Source: Octopus sinensis
Taxonomy: Eukaryota
DNA length: 64,000 nt
Assembly (NCBI RefSeq): GCF_006345805.1
Contig: NC_043007.1
Location: 58,528,001-58,592,000 of the forward strand
Direction of reading: 5' to 3'
This document shows, piece after piece, positions 1 to 14,585 of the stretch. The notes beneath the pieces are model-generated. The model was not told where the DNA came from. It made no database searches and was given only the letters and a program-made list of their open reading frames with translations. A program made the translations under genes and the position numbers. How positions within the stretch are numbered: the stretch's first letter is position 1; every line of letters begins with the position of its first letter.

Positions 1-157
1 ATATACATATAATATGCATATATGTATATATACACCATATACATAAAAATATAGATATACTGTACACATACATATACATATATATATATACTATATTATA
101 TATATGTATATATATATATTATATATAGATTAATATATATATAGAATATATATATAT

Positions 158-227
<70 letters not shown>

Positions 228-500
228 ATATGAGTGAGTGTATGGCCGTTTATATGTGTGCCTGTATATGATTAACTATATAGCTATATATATGTATGTA
301 TCTAAATAAGTACTGTTTCGTATGTAAAAATTAATGTCTACATATATTTATTCGTATGTTTGACTGAAGGAATATGTTTCTGCCTATGTTTAATGTGATT
401 TATATGTACACTATATTTTTTGTGTACATTTCAGTAATAGAAGACTTGTCACGTAGCTCCTCATCAGTTCTTTGGTTTGGAAACGCACACACTTACAGGC

Positions 501-758
<258 letters not shown>

Positions 759-933
759 GCTTGAAGCACGTAACAGTATGTTAACACTTCTGTGTTACGG
801 TACATACAATTCTTAGTACTTTAAATCATGCATACTTGTATGTGCGTGTATATATGTGTGTGTATGTGTGTGTTTGTGTGTGTGTGTGTTTAATATATAA
901 TGCATAATATATATATATGTATGTATGTTTATA

Positions 934-970
<37 letters not shown>

Positions 971-1761
971 GTGTGTGTGTGTATTGCATGAGACACAAGA
1001 AAAAGCGAGGAAGATTATGAGGTAAGAAAGGAACAAACAATAAATGATATATGATCTTAGACACGTAAAGCCCTTGTTGGAAAAGTGTAGAAATATGCAA
1101 AGAAACAATAAAAACAGAATGATATTAAAGACGTCAAATGAAACTAACAGAAGGCATAAAAGTTTGTTTTGGATTATGCACGTTACAAGGGCGGTGCCCC
1201 AGCATGGCCTCAGCCGGATGGCTGAAACAAGTAAAAGAGTTATCAAAGAAAGGTAAAAGTATTTAAAAGAGCAACTGAAAAACGAAATAGAAACAATAAA
1301 AACAATATCAAATTTACGACGGCGGTTTACATTGCTAGTTTGGTGTAAAAAGGAAATTGTTTAGTGAGATACTAGGTTAGTATATATAGACAACAATGAG
1401 AGTAAACTGTGAGGGGAGTGCGAATGGAAAAATTTGGAATGCTAGAAGGAGGGAGAAGGAAAGGGAGAGAGATAGTTACAAGAAAGTTACTCTCCTAGGC
1501 ACAAGTCCGAGCAAAATTGTTTATGAAAGACCAACAGTCGTCCATGCATCCCAGCCTCCCCTCTCCACGCTACCAATGTTATTCAAAGGAAAGGCAAAGG
1601 TCGATACATCTTGCCATCAGTGACGTCGAAACTCATTTCTACAGCTGAGTGAAGTGGAGCAACGTGGAATTAAGTGTCTTGCTCAAGAACACAACACACA
1701 GCCCGGTCTGGAAACAAACTCACTTCCTCGTGATTCTGAGCCCGACGCTGTAACCACTACC

Positions 1762-1878
1762 AGATTTACTCACAAGGCTTTGGTCGGTCGGTCGGTCGGT
1801 ATCCGACATTTGCCCAAGGTGCCACGCAGTAAGACTGAACCCAGAACAATGAGAAGGAAACATTTTACAGTCACGCCT
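1762..1878 (-). mobile_element. Partial SINE, family B (cacaaggctttggtcgg...cccaaggtgccacgcag)
   Basis: Same sequence as the copies at 20325-20485, 56775-56940, 57490-57632 and 63270-63430. Confidence 0.7.
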
Positions 1879-1894
1879 ACATCTATTATATGGG

Positions 1895-2082
1895 GGAAGC
1901 ACTCCGTCGGTTACGACGACGAGGGTTCCGGTTGATCCGAATCAACGGAACAGCCTGCTCGTGAAATTAACGTGTAAGTGGCTGAGCACTCCACAGACAC
2001 GTGTACCCTTAACGTAGTTCTCGGGGATATTCAGCGTGACACAGAGAGTGACAAGGCCGGCCCTTTGAAATACAGGTACAAC
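1895..2082 (-). mobile_element. 3' part of a tRNA-derived SINE, family C
   Basis: Near-identical to 29547-29732, whose full copy carries a tRNA-like head with A and B boxes. Confidence 0.8.
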
Positions 2083-2083
2083 A

Positions 2084-2182
<99 letters not shown>

Positions 2183-2282
2183 GTAATATATAAATAAATA
2201 TCTGTAAATATAAACCATCCGATCTTCTGAGTACCTCATTTCTTCTAATATATAATACCTGTACATCATCTCCAAACTTTCC

Positions 2283-2317
<35 letters not shown>

Positions 2318-3275
2318 ATATCTATATATATATAATATATATATATATATATAAGAATATATATATATATATATATAATATAATAGACATATATAATATA
2401 ATATATATACATTATACATGTGTGTGTGTGGTTTTGAATGTATATAGTTCATGTATTTTTATACGTGCAGTATTTAGCAGTTACATATTGGCTATCGTCA
2501 TCATTTTCTTTTTACCCCTTCCCGCAATATATGCTCTTCACTAACTATTTGAAATGTACTTGTGTGCGTGTGCGTGCGTTTGTGCGAGCGCGTAAGTGTA
2601 TATGTTCGTGTGTGTACATATGTATTTATAAATAGTGAGTATTACCTATTAGTAAATTTATAAAAAATGTTATGGAATAAAAAAAAATTGATCAGTTTTT
2701 GCCTATCACTGATTAGGTGTGCTTATGATGTATCTGTTACGATAAAGAACACTGAAATCTATTTGAGATTATTTACATAAAAGATATATATTTTTATCGT
2801 AAACAAGAAAGTATCGTGACTACGAACGACAAACACCGAGATAGAAGCTTATTTTTCTAGGACAAGGTGGTGACAGTAATAGTTGTCATTCTGTTGCTGT
2901 CACCGTTCGTTCATTGTTTTTGTGTCGTCACAGACAGCGCTCGGGTCAGCTGCTGCTTCTGCTACCGTCTTCTGAGGCTGGTCTGATGTCCACCGTCCGC
3001 ACTGAATAAATAATAGTGGTGTTCTAGCTCAGAAACAGTGCGTCAAAGATGAAATTGTTGTTAGATCCGGTTCCACACGAAGTATTGAACGGCCAGATTT
3101 TCTGATGACGTTGATAATAATCTAGCAAATAGCGATCGTATTCTTGGGTGTTTCTTCTTTTGTTGTTTGGGTTTGTTTGTTTTTTTACATCAGATATAGT
3201 GATACGGGTTTGATTGTTAAATATCCCTGCTACATATTTATCAAGTACTGGAGTAGATTTATTGGAATAACCCAT

Positions 3276-3431
3276 ATTTCTGACCTATGTTCGGAGTTCA
3301 AATTCCGCCGAGGCCGACTTTGCCTTTCATCCTTTCGGGGTCGATAAATTAAGTAGAATAAAACACTGAGTTGGTATAGTCGACTAGTCCCCACCCCACA
3401 AATTTGAGGCCTTGTGCCTCCAGTAGAAAGG

Positions 3432-3471
<40 letters not shown>

Positions 3472-3718
3472 TATTATTATTATTATTATTATTATTAAGG
3501 TGGTGAGCTGGCAAACCGTTAGCACGCAGGATAAAATGTCTTAGCGGCATTTCGTCCGTCTATACGTTCTAAGTTCAAATTCCGCTGAGGTCGACTTTGC
3601 CTTTCATTTTTTCGAGGACGATAAATTAAGTACCAGTAAAGTACTGGGGTTGATGTGATCGACTTACCCCCTTCTCACAAATACAGGCCTTGTGCTTATA
3701 GTAGAAAGGATTATTATC
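3276..3718 (+). mobile_element. Two tandem SINE copies, family A (ggtgagctggcag...gagttcaaattccgccgaggtcgactttgcc), separated by (TTA)n
   Basis: The diagnostic body recurs more than 10 times in the window; B-box-like GAGTTCAAATTCC. Confidence 0.85.
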
Positions 3719-4702
3719 CTTACTAGCAAACTCACCTGCCCTTTGGACGATTTAACTTGCTTTGGAGTATTTCTTTCGCCAAATAATTGAACTACCGAAA
3801 AGGCTTATGAGTAGCACAGCAATCTATGTTTCCGATTAACCTAGGAACGGAAAATCAAACTGAGGGCTGGTTATTGCACTTTAATGATCAAAGAACATAT
3901 AAATTTGCAAGCGATGCAAAGTAGAGCTACTGAAGTGGCTTGCGAGTAGATTACAGATAATGACTACACAAAATATAGTTGTTTTACATGAAAGCGAAAT
4001 TTCTTGTCAGAAACTGCCACATATATGGTGTAAGAAAATTTAAGGAAGACGTTGAGACTTCTCCTCTGCGAGTGTTTTTTTCAACAGCAAAGGGAGAGAT
4101 AAGCTAACGAAATCCCCTTTATTCTGTATTCTCACATAGGCTGCGCATAAACTAACAGCAAATGCTGCATAAAGTCAAATAGGTATGGAGCTTTCTGAAA
4201 AATACGTAGAGCTTTCGCTAGTGGAACTCTTATTTCAAGGTTGATTCTTTGGGACGAATTACATGTGATTGTTTAAAAAAAAGCTAGAACGACAAGGCTA
4301 AAACGTACTTTTTTCTTTATATTCTACAGAATATTCAACAGAATATGTATATTCATAGAAGAATATCTGATAAGATAACATCGTGATAAACAGCATTCCT
4401 TGTCAAAGTTATTTTTCAAGCATTTTGTCTCTTCTTGATTGTGCTGCTGAGTTGTGTTTAGTCTGCGTACATACGCTTGTTTTCAATGTATCCCACTCTA
4501 CTGTTAGCAAAATAAAATTCTCTGTGTATGAACACTGGATCAGATAGATACATTCCACATCTTTCTGAACTGTTTTTTTTTAGTGTGTTGCGTTGTGTTG
4601 ACAGACTTGCATTTAAAATACATGCGTTTTTAATCAAAACTTGTTAGTTATTATGGTGACAAAACTACCTATCTATCTATCTTTCACGCACACACATGCG
4701 CA

Positions 4703-4765
<63 letters not shown>

Positions 4766-5245
4766 GCTCCTCTCTCTCTCTCTCTCTTGCCCTCATCTAT
4801 TCTCTCTCTCTCTCTCTTTCCCCTTCCTCTCCCTCTCTCTCTTTTTCCCTCTTTCTCTCTCTTCCTCTCTCTCCCTCCTCTCCTTCTGCCTCCTAATATA
4901 TGTTGTGAGTAACAGACAGACGTATATCAGCTTCATTTTTGTCATATAAGATTAACGTTGCGAATAGAGAGCTTTCTCAGAAAAAAACATGAGATGTATG
5001 TTAAAGATCTGTATATGGGTATATAGATATACCCTTACACCTATATATATTTCTGGCATTGCTGGAAATTCTCTGGCATGAATTCAGCCAAAATGGTAAA
5101 TACGAACATAATTATATAAGTAGATCCTTCCAACTCGCTTCATTACATTTTACTTCCTACGATGTGTCATTCCTCCGATGCGTTAGGCCCAACATCACCT
5201 CATACCAGAAAAATATATACACTTGGTATGTATGTAACAATATAC

Positions 5246-5938
5246 AAATAATATTATTATAAAGACAACACAGGTGAAGTCTAAAAGAATACAATTGAAA
5301 TACGCATCCAAAACTTATATAAATACATATATTCTCTATAAAATGGAATTAAAATTCCCAAATACACAAATATATATAAATAGACAATATCAATACACAC
5401 ACACATACACGCAATGCATAAAATGCGATTGAATTTAAATAAAAACGAATGAATTTAAGAAAATATTATTTGTAATTACGTTTAAAATCGTACATTGTAT
5501 GATGAAATTAAAAATTTATGAACTTAGTGTAACATCCCGATGTATTTATGAACTTAGTGTAACATCCTGATGAGGGGAGTGCCTTGATTAGTAATATGAA
5601 ATATGTCATATTCCTTGGCACATCTCTGAAACGGCCCGTATAGATGATGTTTATTTATTTTTTCTTTCGTTGGTTTTAATATGTCTTTAATATTTAATCC
5701 TTTCAAGTTTAACTTCATCATACAACGAATGATTTTAAACGTAATTACAAATGATATTTTCTTAAATTCAATCGTATTTTATGCATTGCATTGATATTGT
5801 CTATTTATATATATTTGTGTATTTTGGAATTTTATTTCCATTTTATATAGAAAATAGGTATTTATATAAATTTTGGATACGTATTTCAATCATGTTCTTT
5901 TAGACTTCGCCTGGATTGCCTTCATAATAATATTATTT
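5246..5938. mobile_element. Foldback element with long inverted arms around a hammerhead-containing core
   Basis: Arms 5246-5512 and 5708-5938 are reverse complements (roughly 85% by eye, with two insertions in the left arm). No TSD seen. Confidence 0.8.
5563..5646 (+). ncRNA. Type I hammerhead ribozyme-like motif with a 2-nt insertion at the cleavage site
   Basis: CTGATGA 5567-5573; stem II 5574-5583/5617-5627; GAAAC 5628-5632; stem III ACG/CGT; GUA triplet. Stem I CATC/GATG is offset by an extra TA. Confidence 0.6.
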
Positions 5939-6807
5939 CGAATATAGCTCACAACGAGCACTACATTTTCCTTCTGTATTAATGTGAGTTATTGTTAATA
6001 ACAAGCTCTAATTAAACTACATATTTTGTAACAATATACATACACACAAAGTTGTAAATACTCACTCCGCAGAAATACATACACACACAAACACAAACTC
6101 ACACACACACACATACATAAATATTCGCCAACACATACACTTACACACGTATGCACATTTGAACATGTACATCGAGTATACACGTGTTTACGCAAACACA
6201 TAGAAACGCTCGCATATAAATCCATGCAGACATTAACCGATACATTCACAAACACTACAACTCTCCAATACACAACTTATGCACTAATACCCGCACGCGC
6301 GCTAATACATGAACATAACTCCGAATTCCTTCGTGGTAAAAGATGTACATACACATTCACTAATAATAATAATGATAAACGCAAAATAAATACTATCCTT
6401 CATGCACACAAATACAGATGTATACATGCAATGAGAAACTCATGTATGTGCGAGTGAATGTATGTTCACGCGTGTATATATGTACAAAGATACAAACAAT
6501 AAAACTAATGCACGCTCATACACACACACATACACACATATATATGTATGTATGTATATAGGTTATTTTATATCTCTATACATATATATATATATTATAT
6601 ATATCTATATATATATATATATATATAAGCAAAGTTTTGGTCAGTTGAAATATGTTTGTGACATAGTTCAACTGCTAAAAGGCAAATTCACTGCAGTTAG
6701 CATGGAGAAAATATCTCTCTTCTGGTAAAAATAAAAAGGTGTGAAAACAGCCGATTTGTTCAGTGTCGCCAACTATGAGGAATGCCAGACATCGATGTTT
6801 CGAGTTC

Positions 6808-6845
<38 letters not shown>

Positions 6846-6920
6846 TAATGTATGTATTAATGTATGTATGAATGTATATATATATGCATATATGTATATA
6901 TGTAATATGTGTATATATAT

Positions 6921-6956
<36 letters not shown>

Positions 6957-7106
6957 GTATATTTATAATTATAGTCATATATATAAATGAATATGTATTT
7001 GTACTTGGGGACTTGTGTATAGATGTGTTTAAATATGTAATGTGTGTGTATCCATAAATGTGTCTGAGTGTATTATATATGTATATATGACATATATTAT
7101 ATATAT

Positions 7107-7140
<34 letters not shown>

Positions 7141-7761
7141 AAGGTTTATTCTTTTCCCTATTGTGATCAGCCGATACAATCGTTGTACACAACATACACA
7201 AAAGAAAAGTACATGCATACAGTTGCACAAACAAGAATGCATACGCAAACACGCACATATGAACACATCATTGTGACAGAAAGAGGGATCATATATATGC
7301 ATACGTATATACATACATTTATATATACATTTATACACACACACATGCACATGTATACATTCATATATTCATACATACATACATGCATGTGTGCATACAT
7401 GTATCTAGACGGTCTTACATATATACGTACATCCCTCTATACACACAAATATATATATATTTATGTGTATGTGTTTGCAGAAATATATACCTGCGTATAT
7501 ATCTAGATATACATATGTACATACATACACACATACATGCATGCTTGCTTGCAGATGTACGTACTTGTACGTATATGCCTATATACAGACAAATACATGT
7601 GTGTGTATGTGTGCAAATTAATATAGATACAACACATACACGTATATTGATGTATACTTACATTCATACATACATACACTCACTCATATATACGTACATA
7701 CGTGCATACATACATACATACATACATACATACATACATGCATACATACATACATACATAC

Positions 7762-8052
7762 AGGTGACGTATTCATTCTTTCTATATAACACCTCGACGA
7801 CGTCCTCCAGCGCTTATTATCTTCCTCACTTCTCGCCGGAACGAAATCACTGGGAGAACATAAACCGGATGTTTGGTAATGCTCTTTTAAATGACCATCA
7901 CATGAACAACGGTTATATATCAATTCAGCTACAACGCTCGAGCAATGGCCGCCTAAGTATTTCTCTTCATCAGTGTCAACTGAGTGCATTAGATCGCTTC
8001 CGGTGCGAGTGCTTCCTGAAACGATTCGCTGTCGACTTGCTGCGACCGCCAT
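7762..8052 (-). CDS. Candidate first coding exon of an unidentified gene (MAVAASRQRIV...MNTSP, 97 codons)
   Basis: CpG-rich unique island between microsatellites. The ATG lies in AAGATGGCGG (YY1-type motif, 8046-8055) and a GTATGT donor follows at 7761, although that donor is part of a (TATG)n run. No recognisable domain. Confidence 0.25.
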
Positions 8053-8216
8053 CTTCTCTTGACGTTTAATGAACGAACATGCAAACGCGCCATATTTCAG
8101 CATTTGTACGGCCGACCGACGATGTGTAGGTAGATATTTTATATGTATGTGTATGCGTGTGTGTGTCTGTATACTGGTGTTTCTATATATATTGTGTATG
8201 TGTAAATATGCGTATC

Positions 8217-8281
<65 letters not shown>

Positions 8282-9030
8282 CTTGTTCCCTCTAATACCA
8301 TTGTGTAATTTTATCACTTCTCTCTCTTTCTATATCTATCTCTCTGTGTCTCCCACCTCTCTCTCTCTCTCTCTCTCTCTCAGTCTTTGTCCGTTTCTCT
8401 CTCTAACCGCTTTTTCTTTTTTATCATTAATACTTCTTTCACTTCTTCATTTTTTTAAACCTTTACATCTTTCCCTCTCTCTTTCTCTCCCTATTTCATA
8501 CTAGATTCCCCTCTCTCTCTCTCTCTCTCTCTCTCACTCACTCTCACTCTCTCTTTCTCTTTCTCTCTCACTGTCTCTCTCTCTCTCACACACACACACA
8601 TATTCTATCTTTTCCTCTTTAACTTACCCCCTTACTCTACTCCCCATATTCACATACAACAAAATAAAAAATAGCCCTTTTTCCGATTTCGTTTCGGCTT
8701 TAAACTTTCACCAACTTATATGACACAAGGGTCGTATTGTTGTCATCCCTCTTGCTAAATTGAATACTTTATACCCTTCCGACCTTTTTCTCTTCATTTA
8801 CTCATTTCTCTTCCATTTTTTCTTTTTTTCTCTTTATTCTTTTTTCTCTCTTTTAGCTCCACACTTTATTCCATCTTGTTTTACAATATATTACATATGT
8901 ATGCGTGAGTGTGAATATGCCTATGCGTGTGGGTGATTTTATATCTATTTTGCTATATATGCATAGATATATGTATGACTGTGCGTGTACGTGTGTGTGT
9001 ATATATGTATATATATATATATGTGTGTGT

Positions 9031-9066
<36 letters not shown>

Positions 9067-9252
9067 TGAGTGTGTGAGTGTGTGTGTGTACATATATAGA
9101 CTTTGTTTATGTGTGCGTGAAGATATATACATACACCACAGTGACAATATATATGTATACTTACATACATATATATACATATATATATATATATATAACG
9201 GGAAGCTTTATGAAAATAAACAAAAGACGAAGGCAGGTGGAAAACAAACGAA

Positions 9253-9283
<31 letters not shown>

Positions 9284-9627
9284 TTAATATATATATTATA
9301 TATATATATATATATATATTACAACATACATATATACATATATACATAGATATATACATAGATATATAATGCATATATATACCACAAACATATATATATG
9401 TGTATATATGCATATATATAAATGTATATATATATACATATGTATATACATGTTATGCATATATATATACACAAACATATATATATATGTATATATGCAT
9501 ATATATAAATGTAATATTAATATATGTATGTACATATGTATATGCATGTATATATACATATATTTATAGTTATACATATATATGCACACACACATATGTG
9601 TATATATACACATATGTATGTATGCAT

Positions 9628-9678
<51 letters not shown>

Positions 9679-10012
9679 TATATAATATATATATATATAT
9701 GCATATATGCATATATATAGGGTTGTGTAAAGGTGTTGCGCGCACGTGTTTTTGCGTGTTGTATTGTTTTTCTGTATCTATGTTCACAAATCACAAACAC
9801 AGAAATACAGGTATGTGTGTGCGTGAAAACGCAAGTATGTGTATGTGTCCTTCTATGTGTATTTTGTGTGCTTCTGTGTTAGCGGCTGTAAATTTTATGT
9901 TTGTTGTTTCTTTTAGACGGGTCAGATCGTTAGCCAACAAACAAACACATCGTATCAACCCGTTTTATTGCCTTCTGCTCTATCTTTTCATTTCCTTTCG
10001 TTGTTCCCGCAG

Positions 10013-10157
10013 TCAAGCGAAGCGTATCTCTTGTTTCACGGAAATGACGTCAGTTTTGTGATAGCTTTGACAGCCATGTTTTTTCCTCCCTCAATTTTCA
10101 TGAGGAGCAATTTGCTCACTAGCCAGAAAACGCGGACAGAGATATTTGAAGATGAGG
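10013..10157 (+). other. Candidate internal exon (145 bp) of an unidentified transcript
   Basis: Long pyrimidine tract plus CAG acceptor at 10010-10012 and a G|GTAAGT donor at 10158. One open frame (SSEAYLLFHGND...EIFEDE); no homology recognised. Confidence 0.3.
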
Positions 10158-10576
10158 GTAAGTGAATAAAAGGATTATTTATCGCCAAACAATTTCATCG
10201 TAATCTCCACAAATCCGCCCGTCCATTTTTCTGTCTCTTTGTCATACCGCTTTGCTCTTAATTTATGACTTTCAATTGGTACATCATTTTATCGATCACA
10301 TGCATCCTCTGACTCGGCTTTCGTATTCTCCTAATTTTGTTCTCTTCCTTCGTTTTCCTTTCTATTTCTCTATTTCTCTTTCCTCTGCGCTTCCTTCCCC
10401 TTCTCACCTTGAAAAAGCCGGGTTTCTCTCTATTAACGAATCGTCATTGTGTTATGGTAATTTCGGTTCTGGTCAGGGCAGGCTTGGGCTGGCTTTTAGC
10501 GCGGAGTAAAACAGAACAGAGGACATCGAAAGTAAAGAGCAGCAAGATGCAGAACTGTTAAAGGTGTAGGTGGTAG

Positions 10577-11138
10577 AGTTTGTTGTTGTTGTTGTTAGTG
10601 GTAAAATGATGGCGATATTTGTAGTGGTGGTGGAGTGATGGTGGCGATAGTGGTGATGGTGCTGGCAGCTATGGATAAGCGGTTATGGAGTTGTATTGGT
10701 GTTGGATGAGAGTGGTGGTGGTGGTGGTTTTGGTGGTGGTGGTGGTGATGGTGGTGGTAGGGGTGGTATCTGCATTAATGATGGTAGTTGTGGTTGCGGT
10801 GTAGCAATGTTGTTTGCGGTGGTGATGGTGGTGCTGGTAGTGCTGGTGGTGGTGGTAGTGGTGCTGATGAGGATAGTGGTTGTAGTGGTAATAGTGATGA
10901 TGTTGGAATTAGCTGAGGTGGAACGTATGATGAAGCTAGGTGTTGTAGCTGTAGTATTGCCTTCATAGCAGTGGTATTGGTGGTGTTAATTGTGGTAGAG
11001 GTGAGAGTAAAGGTGGAGGTACTAACTATAGTGGTACCATTGTTAGTTGTTATGTTAGTTATGGTGGCACTGGTGATTGTTGCATAGTGGTGGTATGTTT
11101 CGCGGAGCTGAGCATTGTAGTAGTAGTAGTAGTAATAA

Positions 11139-11178
<40 letters not shown>

Positions 11179-11212
11179 GGTGGTGGTGGTGGTGGTGGTG
11201 GTGGTGGTGGTG

Positions 11213-11274
<62 letters not shown>

Positions 11275-11832
11275 CGTTGCTGCTGTTGTTTAGCCCCGGG
11301 CTAGTCCTGATCGAGACATTGCAGCCGAGACAATCCTGTCATTTTTTCCTATGCACATGGGCGACACCAGGATCGCATGATCGATAGCAGAGGTGTAACG
11401 GAACTGATTGTGGCGGTGTGGGGTTTTGCTCGCGGAAGGGGAGATAATCGCGATTGTAATGATGGTAGGGAAATGGTTGAAAATAGCAGTGGTTTGTTTT
11501 GTTGTGGAGGTGGGGATTGAATTGTTGTTGGTGGATGGGGGTGAAGCAAATGGCCTGCCACCAATGATAACTTGAGAAGGCGATCGTCGTGATGGTGTTG
11601 GTGTGGTGATGGTGCTGGTGGTGGTGGTTGTGGTGATAGTGGTATTGGTGGTGATGGTGTGGTAGAGATCATAGCAACACGGCTGTGTGATTATCATAGG
11701 GATGGTAATGTGGTGTTTATCGTGGTGGTGGTGGTGGTGGTGGTGGTGGTGGTGGTGGTGGTGGTGGTGGTGTTGATTTTGATGTGGTGGTAGTGTGATA
11801 TTGTTCGTAGTGATGGTAGTAATGTGGTTTCC

Positions 11833-11880
<48 letters not shown>

Positions 11881-12050
11881 AGTAGTAGTAGTAGTAGAAG
11901 TAGTAGTAGTAACAGTGGTGATGGTGATAGTGGTGGTAATGATAGTGACAGTACTGGTCGTAGTAGCAGTCACAGTTGGCTTGTCGAATCATTTATATTC
12001 AGCGGTGTATATAAATGATCTGTATCAATGATTGATTATAGATAGGTAGG

Positions 12051-12142
<92 letters not shown>

Positions 12143-12190
12143 AAAATAGATAGAAAGAAAGATAGAAAGATAGATAGATAGATAGATAAA
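10577..12190. repeat. Compound trinucleotide arrays (GGT/GAT/AGT)n followed by (GATA)n
   Basis: Read directly; source of the poly-V/T/H/S/G ORFs in the track. Confidence 0.9.
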
Positions 12191-12899
12191 TAAATAGCTT
12201 TATATATATATGAGTGTGTATGTGTTTGTGTGTGTAACCCATACACACGCGCACACATATATATATGTATATATATATATAATTATATTATATATATATA
12301 TTACATATGTGATTTAGTGTGTGTGTAATGATAATATTTGCGGTGATTAACGAGGTAGTGTCTGCCGGGTTACTGTGAAGACACGTGATATGGTGGTGGT
12401 GTGGGAGGCGGGGTAGTGCTGGTGCTGGTGCTGTTGATGCTGGTGGTGGTGCTGGTTTTGGAGTAGAAGGTTTCGTTTGGTTAGTGTTGACTATTTTTTA
12501 CTTGCTTCTTTTGTTTTTGTGTCACTCTTTTATTTATTTTTTCATTTTTGTTCCGGGTATGGATATGGCAGGCGGTGTGGGAGTATGTGACATTGGTATT
12601 AAAAAGGAGAGCACCGTTTGAAAGAGGAGGAGGAGGAGAAGGACGAGGAGGAGGAAGAGGCGAAGGGGAGAAGATTGTGGGTTGGCTCAAGGGTATTTTG
12701 GAGGGTGGCGGTGGGTCGCCTGTAAAATTCTATGCAGATCAAAGAAACAATTGATGCTGGTAAAATTCTGGACAAAGTAAACGTATAACCGATTTTCTAT
12801 ATATTACCCACATTGCTCTCATATACACATATATTTATATTTGTGTGTACGTGTATGTGCATATATGTATGTATATATGCATATATATATATATTATAT

Positions 12900-12953
<54 letters not shown>

Positions 12954-12987
12954 TATGTGTATATATATATTTTATTTATATATGTGT

Positions 12988-13038
<51 letters not shown>

Positions 13039-13054
13039 GCTATGTATAAAATTA

Positions 13055-13109
<55 letters not shown>

Positions 13110-13463
13110 AATATATATATATACATACATATATACATACATACATGCACCACACGCACACATATATGCTCACATATGTTTGTGTGTAGATATATATATA
13201 TATATAATATATAATATATATATATATATAATTTTATGTTCAACGAAACAACGGACAATCAGGTTACAGTAAAACGGTAATCATAGTAAGTATGTATATG
13301 TTTTGTGTGTGTATTTTTCTCTTTGCGCGCGGGAAAGTGGCTGCATATACGTACATATGCATACATAATACATACGTACATATATACATACATACATACA
13401 TGCACACACATTTCTCGTGTGTTCAACTATACTATCGCCAATCTGGTCGCACTAAAACGCTGA

Positions 13464-13494
<31 letters not shown>

Positions 13495-14433
13495 GCCATC
13501 ACGGTTAGCACATAATGTACATTAATATTCAGAGCGAATTATGATTCTTTATGTATTGCTATATCGTATCATCACCTTGTTTTCATCTTCTCGATATGGC
13601 GCATTTTATTATTCTTGTTTATTGTTGCTTCATTTTGCATTGTTTTGTGTGTGTATTTGTGTGTGCTTTTATATGTGTAGTGTGGTGTGGCTTTTTTCTT
13701 ATTTGTGTGTATGTTAGGGTTGTAGTTATCCTGTAGTAATCGCTAACGGCATCGGTAATAGTTCTCTGTCTCCTGAAGCTATCACTGCATGATGTCTCCA
13801 ATTTCGCCACATCTTGCACTAAACTATCACCAAATAAAACCTATTGTATTAGGTGGCTCTAGCTATGTGGTGTAGTTATCATCTCTGTGTATGCGTGAGT
13901 GTGCGTGTGTGTGTGTGTGTGTTCAGGTCAATAAACAGATAGTTTAAAAAAATGGCTTCGCAACCACAAAATCACAAACTCGACCTCACGGCATGGCGCC
14001 TTAGGCAAGTGCTTTCTACTTTATCTTGTGGGTCACTCTAAGTTTCTTTTTAGTACAATCTACTAGTTGGAAACTGCAAGGAAGCCTATTGTATGAACTA
14101 TACATGTTATTCATTTGTCACCCAACCTCTTCTACTCTAGCTGAAGGCTAACCACAATTTTTCTGTGTATAATCTGCGTGGAAATTTTTCCTACATGCTG
14201 TATGTCATCCAAATTGCAGTCTACCATCTTAAAGGAGAAAAGAGATAAACACAGAAGAGAATATGGCCCTGGATTTACAAAATGTATCCTGATACATCAG
14301 ATGGCAAGATATGAAAAATTGTCAAAATGTAGTACAATGGTTTTGCTATGGAATAGTGAAACTATCTTTTCGTTTTCTGAAAAAGCGACGTTTTGGACTT
14401 ACGACACTTTTGCATAATAGTAACGATACAAAT

Positions 14434-14546
<113 letters not shown>

Positions 14547-14585
14547 CAAATAAAAATTTGTTTCTTTTTAAGTGCTGAAAAAAAC

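Noticed and set aside
3874-3883. TATTGCACTT matching the 5' end of miR-92
   Set aside because: The remainder does not match and there is no precursor hairpin.
10696-12031. Poly-Val/Thr/His/Gly/Ser ORFs, including a 227-aa one
   Set aside because: Trinucleotide microsatellite translations.
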